A DNA stretch of 63,538 nt, filler included, from Stramenopiles sp. TOSAG23-6 (lineage: Eukaryota): the NCBI GenBank assembly GCA_900128565.1. It is 25 parts of 25 records of this genome, joined end to end, with 100 filler letters (N's around TTAATTAATTAA, not from the genome) between each part and the next. Parts side by side here need not be neighbours in the genome. Positions count along the whole stretch, not along the records: positions 58,585 to 61,011 come from LT638054.1; positions 61,112 to 63,538 come from LT638055.1; 23 more parts are not named here. One strand, given 5' to 3'. Position 1 is the stretch's first letter. The number at the start of each line of letters is the position of its first letter. Made by a program: the position numbers and the translations under genes. The notes beneath the pieces were generated by a model. The model was given only the letters and a program-made list of their open reading frames with translations. It was not told the origin of the DNA and ran no database searches. Positions 60,341 to 63,538 of the stretch are shown here, piece by piece.

Positions 60341-61011
60341 ATGGATGACGCCTCTAACTGCTCCGCAGTTATAGGTTTTGCACATGCAACAACACCTGGT
60401 CAGCACGTTTTCATAGTGCAAGTACAGTGGAATAATGAAAAATATGTAATATACAAGCGCTATTCAGACTTTCAAAAACTTCGCGATACTCTTGTGTACG
60501 AATTAGATCCATCTTTTCATGCTTTGTTACCTGAGTTTCCTAGTTGCGGGTTCGGAATTCTATCAAAAGATGAGGTTAGTTTCGTTGAAAATACACGAAT
60601 AAGACTACAAGAGTGGATATCCATCGTTACTCAATTAGCAACCCCTTCACGACCTGAAGTGATGAAAGCTTTTCTGAACTTTTCAAATACTGGGCGAAAT
60701 GTTCCTCGTGGTTTTTCATGTACGTTTTCAAAATTGAATTTTTTCATCTACACTTATTTTTTCATCGAACGTTTTGTATTGAATTTTTTTTTTGAAAAAA
60801 CAAAATATTTTTTCATTATAAATGGGGAAAGGATACCGTCACGAGAACAACAAGTTTGTGTGTATCAGAATTACAGATAGAACGCAAAAAAATAGAGACA
60901 TCTCGTTGCGAAGCTTTGGATATTTTACAGCGAGGAGCTTTTTTTCGAAAATTTGGTCGCCGGGGCTTTCCGTCCAAGTGTTGGGTTCAGCTGTCCGAGC
61001 GTGGTGACATT
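60341..61011 (+). CDS. PX plus PH domain protein (3'-partial); intron 60720-60823
   Basis: KRYSDF..L...L, LP.FP PX motifs; L.RG..F.KFGR.G.P PH start; joined in frame by GT-AT removal. Confidence 0.85.
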
Positions 61012-61111
61012 NNNNNNNNNNNNNNNNNNNNNNNNNNNNNNNNNNNNNNNNNNNNTTAATTAATTAANNNNNNNNNNNNNNNNNNNNNNNNNNNNNNNNN
61101 NNNNNNNNNNN

Positions 61112-61677
61112 AGTTTTTTTGAAAGACCAAAATCAGTGAGTTTGATGTAACCATCGCGATCTATGAGAATATTTTCAGGTTTCAAGTCACGAAATACTAT
61201 GCTTTTTTCATTATGCAGATAGTCTAAAACTGCAACAAGGCAAGCAACATAGAATGTTGTTGGACCTTGTCGGAGGCATGTTAGCCGCCGTAAGTGGTAG
61301 AAAAAATCACCGCCAGGGCAATATTCAGTTATAAAATATAAAGTTTTAGGGTCTTGGAAGCAACCACCAAAACGGACGATAAATGGGTGTTGTAACTCAT
61401 AGCACAAGCTTCGTTCTCGTAGTACCTGTGATACCTGTTTATTATTCCATATACGCACTTTTTTTACCGCTTTGATACATACAGGTTCGGTTTTTCCTAG
61501 AGCGTGACTGATGCAGAGTGATACCTGTCCGTATGAACCTGAAACTAATTTTAATTTCCAATCGAAGTCGTCAACTGTTAGTGGCTGGGGAAGTCTATCA
61601 ACTAATGATTCTATATAGTCCTGATCATTTATGTCAATTTCCTCTTCCCATGTCTCATTCGCATTATTGAATGACAT
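61112..61677 (-). CDS. PKA-like AGC kinase (3'-partial)
   Basis: GSYGQV, HPFIV, FQD, EYCPGG, RDLKPEN, DFG. Confidence 0.9.
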
Positions 61678-61888
61678 CGTCCAGGTATGTGCATACACAA
61701 GTAATTGTGTTGATGATAGGTCTATTTACTAGAGTAGTTAGTATCTAACATATCTAGCTAGATACTGGTAGTAGCCTAACGTTTATTATTAAAAAAACGG
61801 TTACAAACCCAAAAAAAAGGAAGGTTTTGACCAGCAGCAAAGCGAAAGCAAATAACTAGTAAAAGATACTATAATATATATTCTCACA

Positions 61889-62410
61889 ATGCCGGAACAC
61901 AAACGCAATGCCTTTAGTGAGAGCAAAAATTATAGCGAGGAAAAGTCTTCAAGAGAAAGCAAAGCTGCGAGTCCAAAAAGAGGGAAAGGTTTGCGTTCCA
62001 TTCATAAGAGTATGTCCCCTAGACGAAAGGACACTTTAATTCGACGTTTAACACATAAGTTACTTGTTGATAGAGGCCAGCATTGCTTTGAAGACTGGTT
62101 TACCCCAGAACAAATTGATCTCTTTCATGACAATCCAGATATAACTCTATTGAATCCTTTATTTAAAAAGTATAAAGGGCGTATGGAAGAGGCGTTAAAG
62201 GACTTTGGACATGACGAAGGTTTACATAACACAAATGAAATTATGGACGCTATTCAACAAGATGTTGAATCAAGTCGTGTCGAGCACAGAAAGTTAATGA
62301 AAATGATAGATACAATGTCGAATATGGAAGACTTCTTCATAATGATGCAAAAGAAAGCTGATAGAAAAGCCAAAAGGATAGAAAATAGTGAACAATTTGA
62401 TACAAAATAA
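61889..62410 (+). CDS. Uncharacterised protein, possibly BART-domain-like
   Basis: 173-aa ORF; LF..Y....E..L..F and F..MM pattern. Confidence 0.5.
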   Translation: MPEHKRNAFSESKNYSEEKSSRESKAASPKRGKGLRSIHKSMSPRRKDTLIRRLTHKLLVDRGQHCFEDWFTPEQIDLFHDNPDITLLNPLFKKYKGRMEEALKDFGHDEGLHNTNEIMDAIQQDVESSRVEHRKLMKMIDTMSNMEDFFIMMQKKADRKAKRIENSEQFDTK

Positions 62411-62600
62411 AGTAGTATTTTTTTTATACGTTTTCTACCCAAAAAAACTGCCAGAATAAGACTATATATAGCATTAACAAATATACGAAGAATAACATGA
62501 TACAACTTACATCCAATCCTACAATAACATTATTTCGGCCGAATTATTCATGAATATACAAAACAAAATGCTCAACTTCGAGGTACCGAAAAGAAAAGTG

Positions 62601-63146
62601 CTACACTTGATTTTTTCTTTCTCTTTTTTCTCTGCCTTTACTCCAAGCTTCAGCAAGTTTAGCTCTATCATCATCAGTTGAATGCTTGTACATATCTGCT
62701 AATAGATCTGCTGTTGAAGCGTCTTTCAAAGAAGTTTGTAATCGTTGTTGTCTTGCAGCTTCTTTTTTATCTAATACATCAGTTAAATCTGACCATTCAG
62801 TAGTTTCCGATTTTCGTAGTTTAATGACTATCATTTCCCGATTTGCTTTCACTACAACTTTTGATTGTTGAGGTTCAATACGCTTACATAAATTGTTTAT
62901 CCTTAATATTTTTCTATCTTTACAATTTATTCCAGTACTTGAATTTCCGTCAATCAAAAGTACAAACTGGTAGACATCAAAACGGGTTTGAATTGCAGAC
63001 TCATCCAAGGTATTTATACCAGGATATGAAACGTATATACTTACGAAACGCTGACTTTGCGCCCAGGAATAGTCTTGTATGTTTACTGCTCCTTCTATTT
63101 CAATCCCTGCAAGCCAGTTTGAGGTTGGTGCCTTGCCATTTTCCAT
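62601..63146 (-). CDS. CS plus SGS domain protein (calcyclin-binding-protein-like)
   Basis: YSWAQS...V.IYV, L...I.P..S, I.L.K....W..L, LL.DMY....DD....LAEAW.K. Confidence 0.8.
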   Translation of the reverse strand: MENGKAPTSNWLAGIEIEGAVNIQDYSWAQSQRFVSIYVSYPGINTLDESAIQTRFDVYQFVLLIDGNSSTGINCKDRKILRINNLCKRIEPQQSKVVVKANREMIVIKLRKSETTEWSDLTDVLDKKEAARQQRLQTSLKDASTADLLADMYKHSTDDDRAKLAEAWSKGREKRERKNQV

Positions 63147-63261
63147 TCACTTAATAGAAAAAAAAGTTTATTACTGCCAAGAGAATATATTTTTGCAACG
63201 TGTTTTTCTGGCCACGCATTTTGATGCATTTTGATGTCAACATTTGAAACACGAAATAAAT

Positions 63262-63538
63262 CTAAATTGAAATTTCAAAAAATTTATTTTCATCAAATAA
63301 AAAACCCCATTTATTTTCTTCAACTTTATGACTAAATACAGTATTTGCAAACACTTCTGCATTCTTTTCAACCAAATGTTTTCTTTTCGTACCAAATTCT
63401 TTACCTAATGTATTTGAAAATAAACTTTTGCATACTTCTATAAACTCATTCGGATCGTTAAAAAGAAATCCACAAGTGAAATTATCAATTATGCATTGCA
63501 ATTCTTTGTTCTGTTCAGTTTCCACAACACCATTTTTC
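63262..63538 (-). CDS. C-terminal fragment, possibly of a GT-B glycosyltransferase
   Basis: IIDNFTCGFLF.DP.EF...NA...FS...E pattern. Confidence 0.4.
   Translation of the reverse strand, partial: KNGVVETEQNKELQCIIDNFTCGFLFNDPNEFIEVCKSLFSNTLGKEFGTKRKHLVEKNAEVFANTVFSHKVEENKWGFLFDENKFFEISI

Noticed and set aside
221-63538. Alternative genetic code or stop readthrough as the cause of ORF fragmentation
   Set aside because: Intronless genes read cleanly and end in TAA, TAG or TGA; the breaks coincide with intron motifs

Overview
This is not one locus. It is roughly 25 short (~2.5 kb) eukaryotic contigs joined by an artificial N-TTAATTAATTAA-N six-frame-stop linker, so neighbouring genes are not genomic neighbours. 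The source is an AT-rich protist with the standard genetic code and TTAGGG-type telomeric motifs; the gene content is stramenopile-like, and a perfect fold-back contig suggests single-cell/MDA data. The genes are mostly ordinary eukaryotic fragments (DPP-IV, NRPS-like adenylation domain, ABC transporter, CPR, RETSAT, SNF2, DNA2, RPA1, POT1-like, DHX29-like, kinases, ankyrin/kelch/SEL1 proteins). The main discovery is the intron system. Most introns are ~90-140 nt members of one repeated family: GTAYGTTTT...[hairpin GTACGAAATTTCGTAC]-CTAAC...GAAATATTTTT(C)ACAATAC-AT. Conserved protein motifs are restored only if they are spliced GT...AT rather than GT...AG. By manual count about 30 end in AT and about 5 in AG, with single TT, GT and AA acceptors and single GA and AT donors. 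The upstream exon usually also ends in AT, like a 2-bp target-site duplication, which points to an Introner-like element and a spliceosome that does not require a 3' AG. Further observations: antisense pieces of the element retained inside exons, a tandem array of its core grading into telomeric repeats, strand-biased CCCTAA insertions, and exon chimeras joined through these introns. All splicing is inferred from reading frame and motif recognition; no RNA data were available.
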